From: a virus
DNA: 52,596 nt
Strand: one strand, 5' to 3'
IMG/VR virus record: IMGVR_UViG_3300048057_000049
Coordinates: 1-52,596 of that record
The notes beneath the pieces were generated by a model. The model saw nothing but the letters and a program-made list of their open reading frames with translations. It searched no databases and was not told the origin of the DNA. This document shows, one piece after another, positions 15,981 through 23,545 of the stretch; the first letter of the stretch is position 1; every line of letters starts with the position of its first letter. The position numbers were made by a program, and so were the translations under genes.

Positions 15981-18900
15981 GGCTCTCACGTATCTAGCAA
16001 AAACGCTTCACATGAGGCCATACGGTAACGAGCTACACACAGAACGCGCAGCAGCAGCACGATCGGCCGTTTCGTCAATCGAAGGCTGTACCGCAGCCAA
16101 CGTGATCAACGATGACTTCATCAATATCCAAGCCAATAGAGGCTCATTCAGTCTTCTGTACCTCAACCCCCCATACGATTTTGATGCAGAACACGGCAGA
16201 GAAGAATATAGATTCCTCAAAAAGTTGCGGCCATTGCTTGCTCCAGGTGGCTTGCTAGTCTGGATCATTCCAGAGCGTATTATCGCTGACAGCAATGTGC
16301 AGCGATACATGGCCAGCTGGTTCAGGGACATGGTAGCATACCGATTCGTAGGCGATTCTTACCAAATCTACAAACAAATCGTCGTTTACGGAACTCACAA
16401 CGCCGTATCAGTAAAACCAGATCCGACTGTCATGCGAGCGATCCGCCAATTGTCGGAACTTAGCGAGAATCTACCGCAGCATCCAACATTCGATGAACCC
16501 CTATATACATTGCAGAAAGTTTCGCCTGCAAGTAAATTCTGGTTTTATGGCCTTGCGCCATCATCGGAGGCGGTTGCAGCCGAGATTAAGGATTATGGCA
16601 TACAGCAGAGCAGTGCTTTTAAGAGTTTACTCAGTCATGAGTCGCTGGTTACACTCGATCCCCTCGTACCCATGAAGGTGGGTCACGTCGCTTCTACGAT
16701 TGCTGCAGGTCATATCAACAACCAGACAATCGAAACAGAGGACGGCGGCATTGTACTTATCAAAGGCTCAGTGTACAACGAGCCAGTGACCAGAGTCACA
16801 CAGGAAGTGGCCGGAACCAAAACAAAGACGAAAAGCATCACCGTATTCGATCCAAGGTCGGTTATCACGACCGTTAACGAAAATGGCGAGATCCAAGTTT
16901 TGCAAAACGAAAAACTTGGATCATTCCTATCGAGCAATTTGGCAACGGTTACAGGCAAACTAAGGGAGTTGTACCCGCCACGCTACAACTTTACACTAGG
17001 CAAGTGGGCCAAGTACATCCGTGGAGTAAATCCAAGACGAATCCCTAACACAGATCGTAAGGGTTTGCTGCCAGCACAAAAACATTCGGCCGTAGCCATC
17101 TGTACGCAGTGGGAAACCAAACGTGAGGCCATTCTGGTTGGGCAGCTAGGCACAGGGAAGACAATCATTTCCATTGCCGCAGCATACGCCATGTACAACA
17201 AAAACAAGACGATGGATCATTTTATCGTCATGTGTCCACCGCACCTGGTTCTGAAATGGATCAGGGAGGTTGGTTTAACATGGCCGGAGGCGAAGGCGAC
17301 TGAGTTGGACTCCATCACAGAAGTGGACCGCTTCTTTGCTGAGAAGGGACCAATATTTGGTATCCTAAAATCAACAAAGGCAAGCCAAGGCTCAGGGTGG
17401 GAACATAACATCTGGTACAATGCACCAACAAGGATCGCCCGACGAACTGTCAAGGAGCCAGTCAATATCATCAGCGGCAGTAAGAAAGTGCGTAAGTTAC
17501 GCAAAATGCGCGATGGTGATGCAGGCTTTCTAAAGGCTCAAGCACAGCTACTCAAAATCCGCGTCAAATGTCCGACATGCTCGAACATCATCATACGCGA
17601 AGGTCGTAAGGACAAGGATGCTAACATGCTGGCAAGTCTAGAGGACTTCACAAACAAAAAGACCTATTGCAAAAACTGTAATGGTGCTTTGTGGCAAGAC
17701 ACAAGCAATGGTACAAAACCACGTTTCCCATTGGCAGCATATATCAACAGCCATTACAAGGGGAAGATTGACATAGCCATTGTAGATGAAGCCCACCAAT
17801 ACAAAGGGGAAGGATCTGATCGTGGAAAATCATACGCGCACATAGTCATGTCCAGTAGAAAAGTGTTAGCCATGACCGGCACCATCTATGGTGGCAAAGC
17901 AAGCACATTGTTTTTCCTTCTGTTTCGCTTGTCCCAGGACTTCAGAAAAGCATGGGTAGATATCAGCAACGCGAATCATACACGTATGATGTGGCGCGAA
18001 TGGAGCAAAACCTATGGTGTCATGGAAGAAACACTCTCCATGACTGAGGATAGCTCCAGCAAAAACAGCGGCAACCGCAGGCCAAACCGCAATGTGCGCG
18101 AAATTGCAGGATCATCTCCTGCAATGCTGCCCTGGTTGTTAAACCGTTCTGTATTCGTATCTCTTGCCGATATGGGTATGGCACTGCCAAATTATCAGGA
18201 GATCGCCGTTTCAGTTGAGATGGATAATCAAATGAAACAGCAGTACGGCATCTTGTTTGAAAGGTTATCAGACGAGCTAGGCAAACGACTAATCAAGGGA
18301 GACCGCTCCCTGTTAGCTAAATACCTATATGCCTTACTTTACTGGCCGGACTCCCCTTGGAGACCGAAGATAGTCAAGGAGGAAGGCAAAGCCGCGCCAT
18401 TGGTAGCAATACCAGGAACCGGACAGCCGTTAGGCGTAGCGCCAAAGGAGGCCAAGATCCTAGAGTTAATTCAGGAGGAATTAGCCGCAGATCGAAAGTG
18501 CCTACTTATGGTAGCGCAATCCAACACATTGGATATCCAACCACAGTGGAAAGAGTTCCTTGCGTTCAACAACATCTCTTCAGAAATCCTGCGCGAAGAT
18601 CCATACAAACGTGAAGCATGGATCAAAAAGCAGGAGAAGCGGGGAACTCAAGTGCTTATCTCCAACCCCAAAAAAGTTGAAACGGGATTAGATATCCTTG
18701 GCTATCCAACCATCATTTGGATGTCTCCAGACTTTTCGATCTACACGGTCATGCAAGCATCCGGCAGAGCCTTTCGTCTTGGCCAGACGAAAGACTGCAA
18801 AGTCTATCACTTCGCTTATGCAGAAACGCTGCAAGACCAGGCTTTGCGCCTGGTGATCGCCAAAGCAGCAGCAGCCAAGCGAGTCAATGGAGACACAATC

Positions 18901-19455
18901 GACAGTGACGATCTGGCCGATCTAGACGGACTAGCAGCGGATTCCATCGAGAACGCATTAGCAAAAACGATCATGGAAAACTCTTCAAGCAGAACATTGT
19001 TAAATGAGATCGCCCTAGAGTTTGAGCAGGCCCAAAAGGATATTTACGAAGGTCGCTTCGCTGAGTGCGTAACACTCGAAGAAGCGGAGGAAATATACAA
19101 AGAGTTGACCACTGAAAATAATCCACAGGCTGTTAAAACCCTTGCTGATTTCATGGCGATAGCAAATGAAGAGTTCAAAACGGAGGAAAACTATCTGGAT
19201 GGATCGTCAATACAAAACGACGAAGATCCGGAGTTCGTGATAGAATCAGAACCCGAGCCGGAGATATTTACGCCAGTAGCGTCGGAAACCGTCAAGATCG
19301 TTGACGAAGAACAACAGCCGGAACCTGCTCCAATCGTCACAGTGGAGCCAGTCCAAACTCGCCTGGTATTCGGGAAGGCCACGATCAAAGTAACCGGCAG
19401 CCGCAAGCGCAGCAAGCAGGAGGCGACAAAAGTAGTTCAGTTGTCGTTATTCTAA
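15844..19455 (+). CDS. fusion of an N-terminal SAM-dependent DNA methyltransferase (DUF6094-like) with an SNF2/DEAD-like helicase carrying a Zn-ribbon insert
   Basis: Starts MRLAGQEKAGFYPIP after the strong SD aggagg. Methyltransferase motifs LDPCCGEGEA and LYLNPPYD. Helicase motifs GTGKT, IVDEAHQYKG and QASGRAFRLGQTK. Zn-ribbon CPTC...CKNC. Confidence 0.8.
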   Translation: MRLAGQEKAGFYPIPQLMTDLIAKAIKRQKNDVSMSVLDPCCGEGEALTYLAKTLHMRPYGNELHTERAAAARSAVSSIEGCTAANVINDDFINIQANRGSFSLLYLNPPYDFDAEHGREEYRFLKKLRPLLAPGGLLVWIIPERIIADSNVQRYMASWFRDMVAYRFVGDSYQIYKQIVVYGTHNAVSVKPDPTVMRAIRQLSELSENLPQHPTFDEPLYTLQKVSPASKFWFYGLAPSSEAVAAEIKDYGIQQSSAFKSLLSHESLVTLDPLVPMKVGHVASTIAAGHINNQTIETEDGGIVLIKGSVYNEPVTRVTQEVAGTKTKTKSITVFDPRSVITTVNENGEIQVLQNEKLGSFLSSNLATVTGKLRELYPPRYNFTLGKWAKYIRGVNPRRIPNTDRKGLLPAQKHSAVAICTQWETKREAILVGQLGTGKTIISIAAAYAMYNKNKTMDHFIVMCPPHLVLKWIREVGLTWPEAKATELDSITEVDRFFAEKGPIFGILKSTKASQGSGWEHNIWYNAPTRIARRTVKEPVNIISGSKKVRKLRKMRDGDAGFLKAQAQLLKIRVKCPTCSNIIIREGRKDKDANMLASLEDFTNKKTYCKNCNGALWQDTSNGTKPRFPLAAYINSHYKGKIDIAIVDEAHQYKGEGSDRGKSYAHIVMSSRKVLAMTGTIYGGKASTLFFLLFRLSQDFRKAWVDISNANHTRMMWREWSKTYGVMEETLSMTEDSSSKNSGNRRPNRNVREIAGSSPAMLPWLLNRSVFVSLADMGMALPNYQEIAVSVEMDNQMKQQYGILFERLSDELGKRLIKGDRSLLAKYLYALLYWPDSPWRPKIVKEEGKAAPLVAIPGTGQPLGVAPKEAKILELIQEELAADRKCLLMVAQSNTLDIQPQWKEFLAFNNISSEILREDPYKREAWIKKQEKRGTQVLISNPKKVETGLDILGYPTIIWMSPDFSIYTVMQASGRAFRLGQTKDCKVYHFAYAETLQDQALRLVIAKAAAAKRVNGDTIDSDDLADLDGLAADSIENALAKTIMENSSSRTLLNEIALEFEQAQKDIYEGRFAECVTLEEAEEIYKELTTENNPQAVKTLADFMAIANEEFKTEENYLDGSSIQNDEDPEFVIESEPEPEIFTPVASETVKIVDEEQQPEPAPIVTVEPVQTRLVFGKATIKVTGSRKRSKQEATKVVQLSLF

Positions 19456-19691
19456 TGATTGAGTATCGTATAAACAGTAGCAGCCTGGTGTCAGCAAAAG
19501 CATTGCTAGCACTAGGCAAAGAAATATATGCTAAATCGGGGCTTGTTAACGCTTACGAGGTAGTGTATACTATGTTTATTGATGTCTCCAAACAAACAGT
19601 GGAGGCTATTCTAAAGGGAGAACACAAGGTGTATGAACACGAACGTGGCATCTGGTTTTTCCTAGACGAAAGCGAGGTCAATCATGAATGA
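19455..19691 (+). CDS. hypothetical protein
   Basis: 78-aa ORF whose ATG overlaps the upstream stop. Confidence 0.5.
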   Translation: MIEYRINSSSLVSAKALLALGKEIYAKSGLVNAYEVVYTMFIDVSKQTVEAILKGEHKVYEHERGIWFFLDESEVNHE

Positions 19692-19965
19692 AAAGGAATT
19701 AGAAATCCGTATAGAATCAAACGATTCCTTCCATGTACCTGCAGGATTAATACAAGCGAGATGGATCGCAAGACACGACTTCAAAGAGGCCCTTCACCTA
19801 CTAAACAGCATGTTCGATGGTTTAGTCAAGGTAGACGGTCTCATGAAGATCTTGAGAGGCAACATAGAACCGGTTTTTAACCTAGAAGATCTGACTACAA
19901 ATAGTCTGACATTCAGACTAATGGAAAGTCAGATCAACATGGAATTGTTACACCTTGAAGAATAA
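19684..19965 (+). CDS. hypothetical protein
   Basis: 93-aa ORF with an 8-nt overlap on the upstream gene. Followed by a hairpin at 19976-20007. Confidence 0.5.
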   Translation: MNEKELEIRIESNDSFHVPAGLIQARWIARHDFKEALHLLNSMFDGLVKVDGLMKILRGNIEPVFNLEDLTTNSLTFRLMESQINMELLHLEE

Positions 19966-19975
19966 ACACACATAG

Positions 19976-20007
19976 GTAATGGCCGGCTTGAGCAAGTCGG
20001 CCATTAC
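19976..20007 (+). terminator. intergenic hairpin, TGAGCA-loop family
   Basis: gtaatggccg gcttgagcaagt cggccattac. Confidence 0.45.
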
Positions 20008-20026
20008 ACATTACAAAGGGGACATC

Positions 20027-20428
20027 ATGATCAATCCAAAATCTATACTCTTCTATCTGATCGCAATTGTAGCGATCGTTTTAGCGTCCTGTACTACGTC
20101 ATCTTGTCCAGAACAAGATGACCAAGTAGTCAACGAACATCGAATCAAGGTAAGCACAGCGACATACAGGGATTACTCGTTGGGAAAACTGCCCGTGGAG
20201 AGCGCCACAGCAACGGCCGGTCTCATGTATTTCAAGGCAAAAGACGAAGCAGGATGCAGCCATCTCAGCGAAACAGAAACATTATTGGTGCTGGAGGTTC
20301 TGCACAACAACTGGAAGGCAATTGAAGCCAAAGAAATGCTGGCAGATGCGGCCGTAGTAAATAGTTTTATTGAAAAGTCATACCACGCCCAACATGCATT
20401 GGAAATGACACACAATTGGGATCTATAA
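20027..20428 (+). CDS. putative lipoprotein
   Basis: ATG at 20027 after aaagggga. Signal peptide with a lipobox-like IVLASC. The track start at 19979 lies inside the upstream hairpin. Confidence 0.55.
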   Translation: MINPKSILFYLIAIVAIVLASCTTSSCPEQDDQVVNEHRIKVSTATYRDYSLGKLPVESATATAGLMYFKAKDEAGCSHLSETETLLVLEVLHNNWKAIEAKEMLADAAVVNSFIEKSYHAQHALEMTHNWDL

Positions 20429-20438
20429 GGAGATACAA

Positions 20439-20786
20439 ATGAGCAAAGGAAATAGCGAGATGACCAAATATCCAGAAACGATTCATGAAACACATGACAG
20501 CTGGGGCGACAAGAATTATTACTATAATGAAAAGCGGTTTGACGAGGAAATTTCCATTTTACAAGAGCTAGGTGACGATTGGGCAGACATCGGCAATGTT
20601 GATTGCAACACCTACTCATTCCAAAAAGAGGTAAATGGGAAAGCGATTTATCGACAGAATGGTATTCGCCGTGACTGGTATGTTATTTTCAAACGCGCCA
20701 TCGGCAATAATAGCGAGGGTATGTTTATTTTTGTGGAAGATTCTTTTCACAGCATAGAGGATGCAGAAGAATATATAGCAGGATAA
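20439..20786 (+). CDS. hypothetical protein
   Basis: 115-aa ORF with SD taaggaga upstream. Confidence 0.55.
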   Translation: MSKGNSEMTKYPETIHETHDSWGDKNYYYNEKRFDEEISILQELGDDWADIGNVDCNTYSFQKEVNGKAIYRQNGIRRDWYVIFKRAIGNNSEGMFIFVEDSFHSIEDAEEYIAG

Positions 20787-20854
20787 CGAAGCTTACGCAA
20801 CCTATGATGATAACAGCCCCGCCGGTGGCATCGTAACCGGCAAAGGAAAATGAC

Positions 20855-21076
20855 ATGACGACATTATCAGCAGAGCAAACAAGCGCATTATCATTAGCAG
20901 TCAGCCTCATTTTAGATGCTGCGAAAGAAGCTGGCCCATTGGGTGCACCAAGCGGTATTGTTTACGCCGCACTTAGCGCCCACGGAATGACCCTTCTTTC
21001 TTACCAGTCAATTATTAACGCACTAACCAGAGCGAGCAAAATCACAGTTAAGAATAATTGCATCATTTTAGTTTAA
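20855..21076 (+). CDS. hypothetical protein
   Basis: 73 aa. Preceded by the conserved stem-loop plus aaaggaaaa. Confidence 0.5.
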   Translation: MTTLSAEQTSALSLAVSLILDAAKEAGPLGAPSGIVYAALSAHGMTLLSYQSIINALTRASKITVKNNCIILV

Positions 21077-21154
21077 CCTAACAGCCCCGCCGGTGGCTCA
21101 TAACCGGCAACTACTTTGTATAGATGGGATTTAGCAATTAGTCAAGGAGATGAG

Positions 21155-21307
21155 ATGACGATATTAGACAAGTTTATGGGAAAGACAATGAAGGTTGGTT
21201 CACCTGAGTATGTCGCATGGCTTAAAGCGGCGTCCGATGAGGCGTGGCGAGAAGAGATAGTAGCACAAATTGAGGAATACAACGCCAATAACGACAAGGA
21301 GAAATGA
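21155..21307 (+). CDS. small hypothetical protein (50 aa)
   Basis: ATG at 21155 with aaggaga 7 nt upstream. The track start at 21116 is unsupported. Confidence 0.4.
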   Translation: MTILDKFMGKTMKVGSPEYVAWLKAASDEAWREEIVAQIEEYNANNDKEK

Positions 21308-21344
21308 AATGACACACAATTGGGATCTATAAGGAGATTCAAAA

Positions 21345-21641
21345 ATGTACAACAATAATCCAGTAGGCCATAAACTAGAATCAGAGCAGGAAATAATCGA
21401 ACACCTGAACACATACGTAGGCGAACTAAAATATTCAGTGATTGACGATGAATATGGCCGATGTGTACTTGAAGCCTCTTTAACGAAGCGAAATGAAAAC
21501 CCCGATTTTTCAGAATTTGATTATTCAATTTGGAGCGACCGTATAATTGGCGGCTGTCTGCGCTACAATGACAGCGCTGAGGGTTTAGCCTACTACATGA
21601 TAAATTCGCAAGCCCGAGTTCATTGGACAATTAACGCATAG
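21345..21641 (+). CDS. hypothetical protein
   Basis: 98 aa with SD taaggaga upstream. Confidence 0.5.
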   Translation: MYNNNPVGHKLESEQEIIEHLNTYVGELKYSVIDDEYGRCVLEASLTKRNENPDFSEFDYSIWSDRIIGGCLRYNDSAEGLAYYMINSQARVHWTINA

Positions 21642-21693
21642 GATAACACCATTAACAGCCCCGCCGGTGGCTAATAACCGGCAAAGGAAAATC

Positions 21694-21906
21694 ATGTTCA
21701 AAAAAAATAATGCATCAACAAGCCTGAAGAAAGCGGCATATCGTCAAGGTGCGCGCGGCAACTGGAAATGGGAACATCGAAACGCACGAACTGCCGATGA
21801 AACCCTTGCCATCGTCATAGATAGCAAAGGTAGAGAATTCAAAATCACCTCATATGAACTTGACTGGGTTGGCGATTTAACCTGGCCAGAAGTCAAGGAA
21901 ATGTAA
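21694..21906 (+). CDS. small basic hypothetical protein (paralog of 11694..11912)
   Basis: ATG at 21694 after the stem-loop plus aaaggaaaa. The track start at 21667 (GTG) lies in the hairpin. Confidence 0.55.
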   Translation: MFKKNNASTSLKKAAYRQGARGNWKWEHRNARTADETLAIVIDSKGREFKITSYELDWVGDLTWPEVKEM

Positions 21907-21985
21907 GACTAATTTTACAACAGCCCCGCCGGTGGCTAATAACCGGCAAATAGTTGAGAACAGCAACACACAAGGAGACAGGACG

Positions 21986-22135
21986 ATGACAAAATATTAC
22001 GGCCCAACACATCACAAATTTTCAACCGAACTAATTGCATATTCATTTTTCATGAAGGCAAAATACACATACGGGGATATTCAAGCCCCTCAATTAATCA
22101 ATGGGTTTTGGGTAGTAATCACATACCCAAAATAA
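21986..22135 (+). CDS. small hypothetical protein (49 aa)
   Basis: ATG at 21986 after the shared leader ...aacagcaacacacaaggagac. Confidence 0.45.
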   Translation: MTKYYGPTHHKFSTELIAYSFFMKAKYTYGDIQAPQLINGFWVVITYPK

Positions 22136-22205
22136 ATATCTAACAGCCCCGCCGGTGGCTAATAACCGGCAAATGGTTAAGAACAGCAACACACAAGGAG
22201 ACGAC

Positions 22206-22445
22206 ATGACAATCAAATGGGAATCAGGAGAATCGGGATACAAAACAAAAAAGTTTGGCGGGTTTATGACTGATGAAGTTCAGGGAGTTGTCCATTATTT
22301 TTCCGATGAAAACAAATGGAGTGGGGGAATCATTAATTGGGATAATGAGCAGTTGAGTAAATTCCGCTATGATTTTGAGAGTAAGCGAGCTGCTATTAAA
22401 TGGACTAATCAGCAATTACGCGGAAGTGGAATCAGTTTAGTTTAA
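22206..22445 (+). CDS. hypothetical protein
   Basis: ATG at 22206 after the shared leader with aaggaga. Confidence 0.5.
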   Translation: MTIKWESGESGYKTKKFGGFMTDEVQGVVHYFSDENKWSGGIINWDNEQLSKFRYDFESKRAAIKWTNQQLRGSGISLV

Positions 22446-22512
22446 CCTAACAGCCCCGCCGGTGGCTAATAACCGGCAAATGGTTAAGAACAGCAACACA
22501 CAAGGAGACGAC

Positions 22513-22746
22513 ATGACAAACCAAGAGATTATCGGAACAGTCAAAACATTAAGACAAATCTACGAATCAGACATTACGCCGAAAAATTGCAAAATGTGGT
22601 ATTACGTACAATCTCACAAAGAATGGGAACGAGTCAATTATATTAACGGCTACGATGTTAATACTCAAAGCAACAAACTGAGCGGTGATTTTGGAAAACG
22701 CACCTGGATGCTTCACCCAAACTGCACCGTACTAATAGAGGCATAA
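22513..22746 (+). CDS. hypothetical protein
   Basis: ATG at 22513 after a leader identical to that of 22206. Confidence 0.5.
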   Translation: MTNQEIIGTVKTLRQIYESDITPKNCKMWYYVQSHKEWERVNYINGYDVNTQSNKLSGDFGKRTWMLHPNCTVLIEA

Positions 22747-22792
22747 CCCCCAAGCCCCGCCAGTGGCTCATAACCGGCAAAGGAGTAGTCAG

Positions 22793-23035
22793 ATGAACAA
22801 AGAATTTCAGAACCAAGTATTAGGAATGTTGTTAGGACTGGCAGAAGCCTGGGGCAAAAAACAAGACGAATGGACTCCAGACCAAACCCACCGAATTCGC
22901 GAATTATACCTACTACTGGAAACGCCATTTGTCGTGGCCATTTTCAACAGCGGCTTTACAAGCACGCAGGAATTTTTAACAGAGATTGGCACAGGATTGT
23001 ACCCCGATCTTCAACATAACGAATACTTGAGATAA
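22793..23035 (+). CDS. hypothetical protein
   Basis: ATG at 22793 after a degenerate stem-loop plus aaaggag. Confidence 0.5.
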   Translation: MNKEFQNQVLGMLLGLAEAWGKKQDEWTPDQTHRIRELYLLLETPFVVAIFNSGFTSTQEFLTEIGTGLYPDLQHNEYLR

Positions 23036-23055
23036 CATTCATTAAATTAAGTATA

Positions 23056-23079
23056 GGGGCAGGTTTAACCACCTGCCCC
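23056..23079 (+). terminator. intergenic hairpin, GCAGGT-TAACC family
   Basis: ggggcaggt ttaacc acctgcccc. Confidence 0.45.
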
Positions 23080-23097
23080 AAAAGAGAGTGAATAACC

Positions 23098-23256
23098 ATG
23101 AACAACCTAAACGAAGAAGAAGCAAAAAAACTCAAAGAAAAGATGCTCCGCGCAGGAACGCGAGTAGCACTAACATCAAACGAAAAGCAATTCATACTTG
23201 AAGCAGCAGAAGAAGTCGTGGCCGCAAAGGAAGGTAAACAACCATGGCAACACTAA
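23098..23256 (+). CDS. small hypothetical ORF (52 aa, below the track cutoff)
   Basis: ATG at 23098 (MNNLNEEEAKKLKEKMLRAG...). Overlaps the next start by 13 nt. The antisense ORF 22956..23195 is judged spurious. Confidence 0.35.
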   Translation: MNNLNEEEAKKLKEKMLRAGTRVALTSNEKQFILEAAEEVVAAKEGKQPWQH

Positions 23257-23477
23257 ACAATTGGTTAAAAATCAAAGAGCACAGGCGCAAAGTAGAAAAA
23301 GATTGGCCCAAGTGGACAATGCTTTACACCGACAGTCTGGGTAGAAAATGTCGCCGCACCATCAAGGCACCGACAATCCGTAAAGCAATGCAAAAAATCG
23401 GAGTCAGTACATCGCAACTCCACACACACGGCAGAGTAGCGCCAGGCCGAGAAGATCCGGAAGATCTCACGATCTAG
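23244..23477 (+). CDS. hypothetical protein
   Basis: 77-aa basic ORF followed by a hairpin at 23484-23529. Confidence 0.45.
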   Translation: MATLNNWLKIKEHRRKVEKDWPKWTMLYTDSLGRKCRRTIKAPTIRKAMQKIGVSTSQLHTHGRVAPGREDPEDLTI

Positions 23478-23483
23478 TCAATA

Positions 23484-23529
23484 CCCCACCCTTTCGCATA
23501 GTCCTTATACGCTGCACGTAAGGGTGGGG
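23484..23529 (+). terminator. intergenic hairpin
   Basis: ccccaccctt ... aagggtgggg, a 10-bp stem with a 26-nt loop. Confidence 0.35.
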
Positions 23530-23545
23530 AACTGAGCAATTAATA

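Larger units (their letters stand above)
20812..22781 (+). repeat. family of seven conserved intercistronic stem-loops (aaCAGCCCC GCCGGT ggctaata ACCGGC aaa)
   Basis: Copies at 20812-20844, 21080-21110, 21654-21685, 21919-21950, 22142-22173, 22449-22480 and 22751-22781 (degenerate). Copies 4-6 share a further ~30-nt leader ending in aaggagac. Confidence 0.9.

Noticed and set aside
21667-22763. N-terminal extensions MANNRQ.../MAHNRQ... in five track ORFs
   Set aside because: They arise from a GTG inside the conserved stem-loop. Each gene has a proper SD plus ATG further downstream (21694, 21986, 22206, 22513, 22793).
20812-22781. Integron-like attC cassette array
   Set aside because: One copy (22441-22490) has flanking ttaacc/ggttaa arms that mimic R''/R' boxes. 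The other copies lack them, the element (about 30 nt) is shorter than attC sites, and no IntI-type integrase or attI is present. It is kept only as a loose analogy.
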